The position numbers and the translations under genes were made by a program. This document shows positions 20,623 to 30,705 of a DNA stretch of 63,988 bases, in pieces (the stretch's first letter is position 1; each line of letters starts with the position of its first letter). Below the pieces are notes generated by a model that saw nothing but the letters and a program-made list of their open reading frames with translations, ran no database searches and was not told where the DNA came from. This DNA comes from an uncultured cyanobacterium (GTDB lineage Bacteria > Cyanobacteriota > Cyanobacteriia > PCC-6307 > Cyanobiaceae), in contig CAVXWZ010000003.1 in NCBI GenBank assembly GCA_963765575.1, positions 1-63,988 of the forward strand. Direction: 5' to 3'.

Positions 20623-21966
20623 TTGATGAACGTCCTGCCCTCGGTGCTGATGGAAATCAGCAGTCATCAGATTGAGGTCGCCGAAACCCTGATCGGTGTG
20701 GGCCGATTTCTGGTGATCTTCATCGCCGCCCGCGCCATCGCCGAGCTGATGGTGCGCCTGCAGCTGCCCACCATCCTCGGCGAACTCGTCGCCGGCGTGC
20801 TGATCGGCGTTTCGGGCCTGCATCTGGTGCTGCCTCCGGAGGCCCAGGCCCAACTCAGCGGTGTGGTGCTCAACCTGGTGGGTTCCCTGGCCGACGTGCC
20901 GACCGAGACGGTGGACGAGATCTATCGCGAGACCTTCCCCAGCCTGGAGGCGGTGTCGCAGATCGGCCTGTTCGCCCTGCTGTTTCTGACCGGGCTGGAG
21001 AGCGAACTCGATGAACTGATGGCGGTGGGGGTGCAGGCCGGCAGCGTGGCCGTGACCGGGGTGGTGCTTCCCTTCGCCCTCGGCACCGCAGGCCTCTACT
21101 ACCTCTTCCATGTGCCACTGATCCCGGCGGTGTTCGCGGGAGCCGCCATGACGGCCACCTCGATCGGCATCACTGCCAGCGTGTTCGGCGAACTGCAGTG
21201 GCTGAAGCGCAAGGAGGGCCAGATCGTCATCGGCGCCGCCGTGCTCGATGACATCCTCGGCATCGTCATCCTGGCGGTGGTCGTGTCCCTGGCCGGGGGC
21301 GGTGCCTTCACCATCGGGCCGATCCTGAAACTCTGCGCGGCCGCCGTGGTGTTCGTGGCCGCGGCCCTGTTCCTCAGCCGCACCGCCGCACCTGGTTTCG
21401 ACTGGGTGGTGGATCGCCTCAAGGCCCCGGGCGATGTGGCCGTGGCCAGTTTTGTGGTGCTCACCCTGAGCTGTTTCGCCGCCCAGGCCATCGGCCTGGA
21501 AGCCGCCCTCGGGGCCTTCGCCGCCGGCCTGATCCTCAGCGCCTCCAAGCACACCCACGACATCGACACGGCGGTGAAGCCCCTGGTGGCGCTGTTCGCC
21601 ACCGTGTTCTTCGTGCTGATCGGCACGGGCATGGATCTGTCGGTGCTGAACCCCTTCAATCCCGACAACCGGGAGGGACTGATCGTGGCCCTGTTCCTGT
21701 TGGTGGTGGCCGTGGCCGGCAAGGTGGCCGCAGGCTGGACCTACAGCAGCAAAGATCCCACCAACCGGCTTGTGGTGGGTCTCGGCATGATGCCCCGCGG
21801 CGAGGTGGGCCTGATCTTCCTGGGCCTCGGCACCCAGGCCGGCATCCTCACGCCCTCCCTGGAGGCCGCAATCCTGCTGATGGTGATCGGCACCACCTTC
21901 CTGGCGCCGATTCTGCTGCGGGTGGTGATTGGCGGTGGCAAGGAGGCCGCAGCACAGCCCTCCTGA
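20623..21966 (+). CDS. CPA2 Na+/H+ antiporter (NhaS3-like)
   Basis: ILGELVAG, TATSIGIT, AVLDDILG, GMMPRGEVG. Confidence 0.9.
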   Translation: MMNVLPSVLMEISSHQIEVAETLIGVGRFLVIFIAARAIAELMVRLQLPTILGELVAGVLIGVSGLHLVLPPEAQAQLSGVVLNLVGSLADVPTETVDEIYRETFPSLEAVSQIGLFALLFLTGLESELDELMAVGVQAGSVAVTGVVLPFALGTAGLYYLFHVPLIPAVFAGAAMTATSIGITASVFGELQWLKRKEGQIVIGAAVLDDILGIVILAVVVSLAGGGAFTIGPILKLCAAAVVFVAAALFLSRTAAPGFDWVVDRLKAPGDVAVASFVVLTLSCFAAQAIGLEAALGAFAAGLILSASKHTHDIDTAVKPLVALFATVFFVLIGTGMDLSVLNPFNPDNREGLIVALFLLVVAVAGKVAAGWTYSSKDPTNRLVVGLGMMPRGEVGLIFLGLGTQAGILTPSLEAAILLMVIGTTFLAPILLRVVIGGGKEAAAQPS

Positions 21967-22115
21967 GCTGAAGGCAGCAAGCGCGGGCTGCTCATGGCCC
22001 CCACTGAAGGAGTCGGCTGAAGGAGCCTGGTACTTGGGCCCAACTGGGGCGATGGCTTGCGGCTGGGCCTGCTTCTCATGGGTTGAGCGGGCGGGGCCCG
22101 CCACGCCGGAGCCAC

Positions 22116-22148
22116 AAAAAACCGCCTGAGGTTGGCCTTCAGGCGGTT
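22116..22148 (-). terminator. Hairpin with A-tract, putative intrinsic terminator
   Basis: AACCGCCTGA..TCAGGCGGTT inverted repeat preceded by an A-run. Confidence 0.5.
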
Positions 22149-22510
22149 GATCCCTCCAACGTCTCAATACTGGCAAATAACTTCATCAGTCTGCCGACGA
22201 TGCCGAACATGGCCCTGTATGCAGGACCACAAGCAGAAGGCGTTGATCATGCAGGCTAATGAATCCAATTTGGGATCCTGCAGGTGAAAGCCGACACAGT
22301 CTGATTGCCCGGCCCTATGGTTTGCAGATCGAGTTTAAGGAGCATTTCTTTCGACGAATGGGCATGGGATTCGGCGGCCCAAACATGGTCTATCAACCAC
22401 TGTCGTCGGCTGTTCCTGACCTTTGCGTAGGGTGATCCCACCCGATTTCCTGTGAACGACCCGAGGCATTAGGCCTCTGATTCTCTGCTTTCCTTGCCAT
22501 GGCCGTCTCC

Positions 22511-23074
22511 ATGTCACGTCGATGTCTTCGCTTGAGCCTGCGGGCCGGCGAGACGCTACCCGTCAACGTTTGCTGGCGAATTGAGCGCGGCTATCTCTGG
22601 CTGGCCCACTGGCGTGCGGAGGCAGAACCCCTGACCCTGGGCGTCTGGGGTCCGGGCGAAGTGGTGATTCCAGCCCTGATCGGTCTCTCCCGGCTGGAGC
22701 TGCGCACACTCTCGGCCGTGGTGGTGGAAGAAGACGAGCCCTCGAGTGGGATGGAGCGCGAGTTTCTTGAAGATCAGCTGCGCCAGGCCGCCATCCTGCT
22801 GTTGCTCAGCCGCGTGCGTCCTGCCGAATCCCGGCTGCTGCAATTGCTGGACTGGTTTGGCACCCGCTTCGGCACCATGACCACCCAGGGGGTGATGCTG
22901 ACCTTCGGCAAGAAGACGCTCACCCACCAACAGCTGGCGGAGATCGCTGGCATGACCCGGGTGACGGTAACCAAGGCACTCACCCACTACCGCCAGGCCG
23001 GCGTGATCGTGGGCCAGGGCGGCGGTTCATTGCTGCTACGGGTTCCATCATCGGAGCTATGGGAGTGTGGCTGA
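22511..23074 (+). CDS. Crp/Fnr-family transcriptional regulator
   Basis: TLGVWGPGE, AESRL..LL, HTH LTHQQLAEIAGMTRVTVTKAL. Confidence 0.85.
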   Translation: MSRRCLRLSLRAGETLPVNVCWRIERGYLWLAHWRAEAEPLTLGVWGPGEVVIPALIGLSRLELRTLSAVVVEEDEPSSGMEREFLEDQLRQAAILLLLSRVRPAESRLLQLLDWFGTRFGTMTTQGVMLTFGKKTLTHQQLAEIAGMTRVTVTKALTHYRQAGVIVGQGGGSLLLRVPSSELWECG

Positions 23075-23462
23075 TTCCCTGATGTTCCAGCTTATGCTTC
23101 ATTGGCCATGTTCTTGATTCTACAAAGGGGTCGTTCACCTCCCCAGTGCGGTATCGGCTCCAGCTGAGAGCCTCGGGCTCACGCCAACAGCACCAACCCA
23201 TGGACACCAGCGGGGATGTCCATTGATCTCTCTATCCCGCGCCCTTTTTCATCATTCCTGTCGCCATGCTGAAACGATGCCGTTCTGTGACTCTTGCCAG
23301 GAGCCACTCGTCTCAGGCTTTTGCTCTCAAAGGAGAGGACTTCAACAAGATCACATCGTCCAGCATGAGGAGTGTTGGAATCAATGAGCGCAGCCACCAG
23401 AAATCAGAGGCTACACATGCATGACGTCCCGACCCCCAAGATTTAACTAGAGGCATCAAGAA

Positions 23463-24464
23463 GTGGATTTTCTGTCTGATTTTTTCTCGACCTTTGTGTC
23501 GAAGCTCCAGTCGCCAACCCTGGGCTTTCTGATTGGTGGGTCTGGTTGTTGCCTGCCTGGGCAGCCGCTTGGTCATTCCCGAGCAAGTTTACAACTTCAT
23601 CGTCTTCATGCTGCTGATGAAGGTGGGCCTGAGCGGAGGCCTTGCCATCAAGGAGTGCCAATCTTGCTGAGATGGTTCTACCCGCTATCTTTGCTGTGGC
23701 AATCGGGATTCTGATCGTACTGATTGGGAGATGGACTTTAGCCAAGCTACCCAACGTCAAAGTCGTGGATGCGATCGCCACATGCAGGCTTGTTCGGTGC
23801 CGTGAGTGGCTCCACCCTGGCCGCCGCGCTGACTCTTCTGGAAGGGCAGAACATTCCCTACGAGCCCTGGGCTGCGGCGCTCTATCCCTTCATGGACATC
23901 CCAGCCCTGGTGATGGCGATCGTGCTGGCCAACATCTACGTCAACAAGATGAAAGGCACCCATGAAGATGTCAAGATCTGGCCGATCATCAAAGAGAGCC
24001 TGCAGGGCTCTGCCCTCTCGGCCCTGCTGCTTGGCATCGCTTTCGGCATTCTGATCAAGCCGGAGAGTGTCTATGAGAGTTTCTTCAACCCCCTCTTCCG
24101 CGGACTGCTTTCGGTGCTGATGCTGGTGATGGGCCTGGAAGCTGCGGCTCGGATCAGGGAACTGCGCAAGGTGGCCCAGTGGTACGCCGTCTATGCCGCG
24201 GTGGGTCCCCTGTTGCATGGCTTCCTGGGTTTTGGCCTCGGCATGATTGCCCATGTCACCACCGGATTCAGCCTTGGCGGTGTGGTGATTCTGGCGACGA
24301 TTGCCGCCTCCAGCTCGGACATCTCCGGGCCTCCGACCCTGCGGGCCGGTATTCCCTCAGCCAACCCCTCCGCTTACATCGGCTCGTCCACAGCTGTGGG
24401 CACACCGATTGCCATTGCGGTGGGGATCCCACTGTTTATTGCGCTTGCCCAGACGCTTGGGTAA
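23463..24464 (+). CDS. sbtA: Na+-dependent bicarbonate transporter SbtA (three +1 frameshifts: artefact or pseudogene)
   Basis: MDFLSDF..LQSPTLGFLIGG, GLFGAVSGST, ALYPFMDIPAL, SSSDISGPPTLRAGIPSANPSAYIG. Confidence 0.9.
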
Positions 24465-24516
24465 TCCCCAGTCTGCATGGTGATCATCACCAAGCCAAGC
24501 GGACCACAAACAGCAC

Positions 24517-24550
24517 AAAAAAAGCCGGGTTCACACCCGGCTTTCTTTTT
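24517..24550. terminator. Bidirectional intrinsic terminator between convergent sbtA and sbtB
   Basis: AAAGCCGGGT-TCAC-ACCCGGCTTT flanked by A and T tracts. Confidence 0.85.
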
Positions 24551-24581
24551 GATGTGGTGATGATTGGATAGTGACCAGGAG

Positions 24582-24929
<348 letters not shown>

Positions 24930-25025
24930 CTACACAGAAACTGGCTAAAACGTAGCATCGCAGGCACGCCAATAGAGCTGAATCGCAGCAATTCCATCCA
25001 CTTCGTCAAGGTGTCTACAAGGGGA

Positions 25026-25041
25026 TGTAAACGCACATACA
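25026..25041. promoter_or_regulatory. NtcA/CRP-type palindromic box upstream of sbtB
   Basis: TGTA-AACGCACA-TACA, i.e. TGTA-N8-TACA. Confidence 0.4.
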
Positions 25042-25128
25042 TGTTCTGCAAAACAGTCCCCATCACTGGGGCTGCTCATCACATCCAAGCAGCAGTGCCC
25101 CAGGGGCCAATCCCGCCCAGTCACTGGA

Positions 25129-25806
25129 TCAGAACAGGCCCCGGTAGCGCACCAGCAGTTGCACCATGGCCCACGAACCCAGGGTCACCTTGAGGGCCAC
25201 CAGCACATTCAGCAGCGGGATCCAGCCGCCGCTGGCAATGGCCCCGAAGCGCCCCGCCGTCGTGGGGCCCAGGCCTTCAAGGCTGAGGAAGGCCACCAGC
25301 AGAAACGCCACCACGGCGCCCTTCTCCCAGAGGTCGGCGCGGTAGCGGTTGTAGAAGCGATCCACCACCCGCAGCGAACCGCTGATCAGCAGCAGGCCGA
25401 TGGCCGTTCCACCGCTCACCCCGGCGGCAAAGCCACCACCGGGCGAGAGGTGACCGCGCAGGGCCAGCTCCACCGCCACCAGCGCGCACATCGTGGCGCC
25501 CAACTGGCAGAGCACCACCGATGGCGCATCGGCCAGGGCACGGATGCGCCGTTGCAGGGGATCACCGCTGAAGATCCAGCGCACACCGATCGAGGCCAGC
25601 GTGAACACCACCACCTCCGCCACCGTGTCGTAGAGGCGGGTGTAGAGGATCACCGTGGCCACCAGGTTGGGCACCCGACCGGCGGCCAGCAGCTCACTCA
25701 CCGTGGCGGTGACATCGGGCAGCGGCGGCAGGGCCAGGCCCAGGGGCACCAGGAACAACAGCACCGCCGCCGGTCCATAGATGAGCCGGAGCACCCCGCC
25801 GGTCAT
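25129..25806 (-). CDS. mrpB: Mrp/Mnh Na+/H+ antiporter subunit B
   Basis: PNLV..RLYDT..E, GHLSPGGGFAAG. Confidence 0.9.
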   Translation of the reverse strand: MTGGVLRLIYGPAAVLLFLVPLGLALPPLPDVTATVSELLAAGRVPNLVATVILYTRLYDTVAEVVVFTLASIGVRWIFSGDPLQRRIRALADAPSVVLCQLGATMCALVAVELALRGHLSPGGGFAAGVSGGTAIGLLLISGSLRVVDRFYNRYRADLWEKGAVVAFLLVAFLSLEGLGPTTAGRFGAIASGGWIPLLNVLVALKVTLGSWAMVQLLVRYRGLF

Positions 25807-26375
25807 CGGCCGGTCTCCGCCGCGCTCAAGCCAGCGGCTGCATCGGAGGAGCCGGGCGGCTCAGCGGCCGTGAACAGCTGCAGAGCACCATCGAGATCGC
25901 CCCAGCCGCCAGAGCGGGGCAGGGTGGCCAGGCGCCGCAGCAGTTGCGGATTGTGCAACGACAAGCGCAGCACGCTGGCGTCGGGTTGCCATTCGAGCAG
26001 GCCGTGGAGATCGCCCTCCTGGGGCCTCTCCACCAGCTCCAGCCGCAGGTTGAGCGGATCCAGCCAGGCCTGCAGCTGCTGGCGCAGGTCTGGCGGCAGG
26101 GCCTCGCCCCCCCCGGCTCGGGCCAGGCGCAGCACCATGGAGGAGCGCAGGGCCACGGCGTAGAGCGTGGTGGAGAGCAGCGTGCCCACCAGGGCTTCGG
26201 TGAGGGCCACGTCGGCGGCCCCCAGCAGCGCATAGATCAGGGCCGCCACAGCCCCGAGGATGCCGCGCAGCACCAGCGTCTGGTAGGGGTTGCTCTGCAG
26301 CACCACCAGGATCGCCGTGAGCGGCAGCAGGGCCGTGAGCGGCAGCAGCAGGGGCAGGTCGGTGCCGAGGGTCAT
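25803..26375 (-). CDS. DUF4040 Mrp-associated subunit
   Basis: LLGAADVALTEALVG. Confidence 0.85.
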   Translation of the reverse strand: MTLGTDLPLLLPLTALLPLTAILVVLQSNPYQTLVLRGILGAVAALIYALLGAADVALTEALVGTLLSTTLYAVALRSSMVLRLARAGGGEALPPDLRQQLQAWLDPLNLRLELVERPQEGDLHGLLEWQPDASVLRLSLHNPQLLRRLATLPRSGGWGDLDGALQLFTAAEPPGSSDAAAGLSAAETGR

Positions 26376-26382
26376 GGGCGGT

Positions 26383-26703
26383 TCAAGGGCGCCGGCGGGG
26401 CTGGGAGCAGGCCGCCAGCACGTAGCCGAAGATTGTGTTCCACACCACCAGCGACAGCAGCGCCAGCAGCAGCAGCGGCCACTCGCGCTGGAAGCGCAGC
26501 AGCAGGCCCAGCAGCATCAGGGCCGAACCGAGGGTGTCGGAGATGCCCAGGTAGTGGAGCTTGGTGAGGTAGCTGGCACGGCCCAGCAGCGGCCAGCTGC
26601 CGGCAAACCAGAACACCAGCCCCAGCAGCAGCAGCAGGGCGCTGGCGGCCTGGGCCAGGGCGCCCAGAACAGCCGGTGCACTGGCCAGCAGATCGCTGCT
26701 CAT
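26383..26703 (-). CDS. mrpG: Mrp subunit G
   Basis: KLHYLGISDTLG. Confidence 0.85.
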   Translation of the reverse strand: MSSDLLASAPAVLGALAQAASALLLLLGLVFWFAGSWPLLGRASYLTKLHYLGISDTLGSALMLLGLLLRFQREWPLLLLALLSLVVWNTIFGYVLAACSQPRRRP

Positions 26704-26948
26704 CCCTCCACCCCCTGCAACAGGTTGGCCAGCAGCATCACGGCGCCGTTGCCGACGCTGAGCACGATCACCCCCACCAGGCCCACCATCCAGTCGTCCC
26801 GAACGGTCGACACCACCAGCATCACCATCGCCACCTTGGTGGAAACGCTGGCGAAGGCGGCCAGACGGTGCCAGACGTCGGTGCGGCGGCACACCACCAG
26901 GATCGGCAGCAGCAGGGCCAGCACCATGCCGAACAGCAGCACGCTCAT
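26700..26948 (-). CDS. mrpF: Mrp subunit F
   Basis: 3-TM small ORF between E and G in the operon. Confidence 0.7.
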   Translation of the reverse strand: MSVLLFGMVLALLLPILVVCRRTDVWHRLAAFASVSTKVAMVMLVVSTVRDDWMVGLVGVIVLSVGNGAVMLLANLLQGVEG

Positions 26949-27352
26949 CGCCGCTTCTCCGGAATCACCAGCTGATGAACCCGGTAGCTGCGGCCGCTGG
27001 CGTCGAGGCCGAGGGCGATCGTGAACGGCGTGAGCGTGATCCGGAACACGTCCAGAAAGATCAGGGCGCTGGAGGGATGGCCTCTGGCCAGAACGGGCTC
27101 ATCGTGGAGCTCGCTGCGCTCCGCCCGCGGGTGCAGCAGCAGCTGGGCGGCCTCCCGATAGGCCTGGGGCAGGGCCCCGAGGCTGGCGGCGAAGGCGCGG
27201 GCCAGATCATGGAACGACAGGCGCCGCACCCGCCGGGGCAGGGGCAGGGCCAGGGCCACCGCCACACCGATGGCCACGTTGGCCAGGTCCAGGTCGGCAC
27301 TGAGCAGCAGCCAGATCAGCAGGCGCAGGGAAATCACGATCAACCGAGCCAT
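26945..27352 (-). CDS. mrpE: Mrp subunit E
   Basis: IWLLL..N..IG, ITLTP, VHQL. Confidence 0.8.
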   Translation of the reverse strand: MARLIVISLRLLIWLLLSADLDLANVAIGVAVALALPLPRRVRRLSFHDLARAFAASLGALPQAYREAAQLLLHPRAERSELHDEPVLARGHPSSALIFLDVFRITLTPFTIALGLDASGRSYRVHQLVIPEKRR

Positions 27353-28911
27353 GCCACCTCCCGCAAGGCCAGTTCCGCGCCCTCCGCCAGCTCGGTGCTG
27401 AGCGGCTTGAGGCGCAACAGGGCCAGCTGCAGCAGCGCCCCCACCATCGCCAGGGCTCCGAGCAGGTCCACCAGCCGTTCCAGGTTCGGCAGCGGCAGGC
27501 GCAGCCCCGGGGCGGGGCGGAGCAGCAAGCGCCGCAGGGCCTCCACGCCGGCGCCGGCGGCCAGCACCGCCAGGGCCTTGCCGGCGCCGGCGGCACTGAG
27601 GGAGCCAAGGGCAGCCGGGCGCAGCGGCCCCAGCAGCCCGGCCACCAGCAACACCACGGCCAGCAGCAGGGCCCCCGCCGACGGCACCTGCCAGCCCCCG
27701 GCCAGGGGCAGCCAGCACAGGCGGGCGTAGACGGCGGCGGTGCCCACCATCAGCAGCGGCAGCAGCCAGGCCGACACGGTCACCGGCAGGCCGGGCAGGC
27801 CGGTGATCGGCAGCTCCGTGAGGGTGGCTTTGGTGTAGTAGCCGAGCAGGGGCGGAGCGCCGGCGATCGAGAACGACCCCACCACCAGGGCCAGCCCCAG
27901 GGCAGGCGCCAGCGGCTGGCGGCCCCAGAGGCTGAGATCGCGGCTGGGCACCCGCCCGGCCGCCAGGAACAGACTGGCCTTGGCCAGGCCGTGGCCGAGG
28001 GCATAGAGCCCGCCGGCGGCGGGATTGAGCAAGGCGATGCCCATCTGGGACATCGTGCTCCAGGCCAGCAGGCGCTTGAGGTCGCCGTCACAGAGCGCAT
28101 ACACCAGCCCCAGCAGCACGCTGGCCAGCCCCACCCAGGTGAACACCGGCTGCAGGCCGGGCAGCAGCAGGGCCAGCCGCAGCAGCGGGCAGAGGCCGCC
28201 GGCCACCACCACCCCCGAGAGCAGCGCCGACACCTGGGCCGGGGCCTCGGCGTGGGTCTGGGGCAGCCAGAGACCGCTCAGGAACACCCCCGACTTGGTG
28301 AGCAGCCCCAGCATCACCAGGGCCAGGGCCACCGCCAGGGCCGGGTCGCCGGCGGGCAGCTGCTGCAGCGACTCCAGCCGGAAACTGCCGGTGTACAGAT
28401 ACACCAGCCCGGTGCCGATCAGAAACAGCGTCATGACGCCGTTGCCCACCAGCAGATAGCGCAGGGCGATCCAGAGCTGGCGGACCTCCCGGTTCTGGAG
28501 AATCAACAGGAAGGCGGAGATCCCCACCACCTCCAGGGCCACGTAGAGGCTCACCAGGTCGGTGGCCAGAAAGGCGGAGTTGAGCCCGCCCAGCAGCACC
28601 ATCAGCAGCAGCAGGAAGGGGCCCGGCGGCGGCGGCTGCCGCCAGCCGTCCACGAGCACCGCCAGCACCACAGCGCCATTGAGCAGCAGGAACGGCGCCG
28701 CCACGGCATCGAGCTGCAGCTGCACCCCCAGGCGACCGATCAGCTCGAACACGAGCTGGTGCTCCGGCACGCTCGCCCAGATCCCCCAGCCCAGGGTGAC
28801 CAGGGCACAGACCACGGCCAGGGAGCGTCCCAGACGCGGCAGCAGGGCGGAGCTGAAGGCGGCCAGGAAGGGCAGCAGCAGCCAGGCGATCAGCAGGTTG
28901 AGCACCGGCAT
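27340..28911 (-). CDS. mrpD: Mrp subunit D (NdhD/NuoM-like)
   Basis: DLVSLYVALE, WLPQTHAEAP..VSALLSG, LKRLLAWST, HGLAKASLF. Confidence 0.9.
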   Translation of the reverse strand: MPVLNLLIAWLLLPFLAAFSSALLPRLGRSLAVVCALVTLGWGIWASVPEHQLVFELIGRLGVQLQLDAVAAPFLLLNGAVVLAVLVDGWRQPPPPGPFLLLLMVLLGGLNSAFLATDLVSLYVALEVVGISAFLLILQNREVRQLWIALRYLLVGNGVMTLFLIGTGLVYLYTGSFRLESLQQLPAGDPALAVALALVMLGLLTKSGVFLSGLWLPQTHAEAPAQVSALLSGVVVAGGLCPLLRLALLLPGLQPVFTWVGLASVLLGLVYALCDGDLKRLLAWSTMSQMGIALLNPAAGGLYALGHGLAKASLFLAAGRVPSRDLSLWGRQPLAPALGLALVVGSFSIAGAPPLLGYYTKATLTELPITGLPGLPVTVSAWLLPLLMVGTAAVYARLCWLPLAGGWQVPSAGALLLAVVLLVAGLLGPLRPAALGSLSAAGAGKALAVLAAGAGVEALRRLLLRPAPGLRLPLPNLERLVDLLGALAMVGALLQLALLRLKPLSTELAEGAELALREVAWLG

Positions 28912-28916
28912 CGAGA

Positions 28917-29324
28917 TCAGGAGAGGCGCTGGGGCGCCGCCGCCGGGGAGGATTGCTGCAGCAGGCGCTCGAAGCTGCTGGTGTCGAGCAGGGGGTCGAG
29001 GCGCGAGAGACGGGCGATCACCACCAGCAGCAGGGCCTGGATCGACAGACCGATGACGATGGCGGTGAGGATCACGGCATGGGGGACGGCGTCGGCCCAG
29101 GCCATCGACGGCAGGGTCGCCACCGCCAGCTCACCGCGGGCCAGGATCGGCGTGCGCAGGCCGCTGCGCGCCGCCACCAGCACAAACAGGGCCACGGCTC
29201 CGGTGCCCATGACATCGAGGGCGAGGGCGCGCAGAAACAGGTTGCGGCGCCAGATCAGCCCCAGGAATCCCACCAGGGCCGTGAACAGCACCAGGGCCTC
29301 CAGCAGTCGGAAGGGATCGGGCAC
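28917..29324 (-). CDS. mrpC: Mrp subunit C
   Basis: NLFL..D, ADAVPHAVILTAIVIG. Confidence 0.9.
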   Translation of the reverse strand: MPDPFRLLEALVLFTALVGFLGLIWRRNLFLRALALDVMGTGAVALFVLVAARSGLRTPILARGELAVATLPSMAWADAVPHAVILTAIVIGLSIQALLLVVIARLSRLDPLLDTSSFERLLQQSSPAAAPQRLS

Positions 29325-29373
29325 GGCAGCGGCGGCAAGCGCCGAACGTTAGCCGCCCTTCTGCCGATCAGGG

Positions 29374-30561
29374 TCAGCCCAGCTGGGGCTCACGCAGAAA
29401 GCGGGGCCGCGGGGCCGGCGGCACGGCAGCCAGGCCAGGGTTGGCGCGGGCAAAGGCCAGCCAGCGGAACTCGCCGAGGGCGTGGGGATCCACCAGGCGC
29501 AGCAGGGCTTCACGCCGCGCCAGGGCGTCCGCCAAGGCCTCTCCCGGCAGCTGCTGCAGGCCGTGCAGTCGTTCGGCCAGGCCGAGGGCGAGCAGGGCCT
29601 GGCCCTGGCGGCAGTGGCCCAGGGCCCGCCAGCCGGCGGCGGCGGCGTCCCGCTCAAGGCTGTCGATGCAGAGGTGGGCGGTGAGGTCCCAGCTGCCGGG
29701 CTCAGCCAGGGGATCGGCGCTGGCCTGCTGGCCCCGGTAGGCCAGCAGGGTGCCGTCAGCGCGGGCCGGGGCGTAGTAGCGCCGGGCCTCCAGGGCGTAG
29801 TCGATCACCAGCAGCGGGCCCTCGGCCAGGGCGGCGGCCGCCTGCTGCAACCAGGGGGCGACGGCGGGGTGGAGCTCGCTGCTCCATCCCGGCGGGCGCT
29901 GGGGATCGGGCGGCAGCAAGCCGCAGGCTGTCAGCGGCGCCAGCAGATCCGCCTCCAGGGGCTCGCCCGGCGCCAGCCGCAGCGCGGGCCCGGCATCAGG
30001 CTGGTCCTGGAGCACCACCTGCTGGCGGCGCCAGAGCGCCCCGTCCCAGCTGAACCGCTCCACCGGCAGGGCATCGAGCACCTCATGGGCCAGCAGCACC
30101 CCGCGCAGCGGTGCCGCCGCCAGCTGCTCGAAGCAGCACCAGCGGCAGGCCAGGGGAGCGCCGGCCAGCCGCTGGCGCTGGCGCTCGCGCAGCCCCGGGC
30201 TGGGCTCCACCAGCACCAGCTCGCAGCGCTCCGCCAGCTGCGGCCAGCCGGCCGCCAGGGCGGCGGCCAGGTCGGCCGCCAGGCTGCCCTCACCCGGTCC
30301 GGCCTCCACCAGGGCCAGGGGCCCGGGCGCGGCCGCCGCCAGGTCGCTGAGCCAGTCGGCCAGCTGGGGGGCCAGCAGGGCGGCGAAATCGCTCCCCAGG
30401 GAGGGGGCCGTGGCGAAGTCCCCCCGGGGGCCGATGCGCAGCCGGCCACTGCCGTAGGCGCCGTGCTCGGGGTCGTGCAGCACCCAGCCCATGTAGGTGG
30501 AGAAGGGCACCGCCCCGCCGGCGGCGGCCAGGCGTCGTTGCAACCAGCCAGGAACGCTCAC
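29374..30561 (-). CDS. SAM-dependent methyltransferase, MidA/NDUFAF7 family
   Basis: GDFATAP, VEAGPGEG, HEVLDALP, IDY, DLTAH. Confidence 0.9.
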   Translation of the reverse strand: MSVPGWLQRRLAAAGGAVPFSTYMGWVLHDPEHGAYGSGRLRIGPRGDFATAPSLGSDFAALLAPQLADWLSDLAAAAPGPLALVEAGPGEGSLAADLAAALAAGWPQLAERCELVLVEPSPGLRERQRQRLAGAPLACRWCCFEQLAAAPLRGVLLAHEVLDALPVERFSWDGALWRRQQVVLQDQPDAGPALRLAPGEPLEADLLAPLTACGLLPPDPQRPPGWSSELHPAVAPWLQQAAAALAEGPLLVIDYALEARRYYAPARADGTLLAYRGQQASADPLAEPGSWDLTAHLCIDSLERDAAAAGWRALGHCRQGQALLALGLAERLHGLQQLPGEALADALARREALLRLVDPHALGEFRWLAFARANPGLAAVPPAPRPRFLREPQLG

Positions 30562-30705
30562 GTCGCGGTCGCCAACTCAGGGAGAATGCATCTTCTCCGC
30601 AGCGGATGCATGGGTGGCGTATCGGCAGCAGAGGCAAGGGCAACAGCAGCGGAGGCAGCCGGGGCCCCGCAGAGGCCGATCGAGCACCTGCTCAGCAAGC
30701 TGCGG

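Noticed and set aside
23075..23462. CcmR/NdhR (ATAG-N8-CTAT) or CRP site upstream of sbtA
   Set aside because: No convincing match was found by eye.
29482..30705. 670-aa N-terminally extended TPM protein
   Set aside because: The extension is antisense to the MidA-family methyltransferase.
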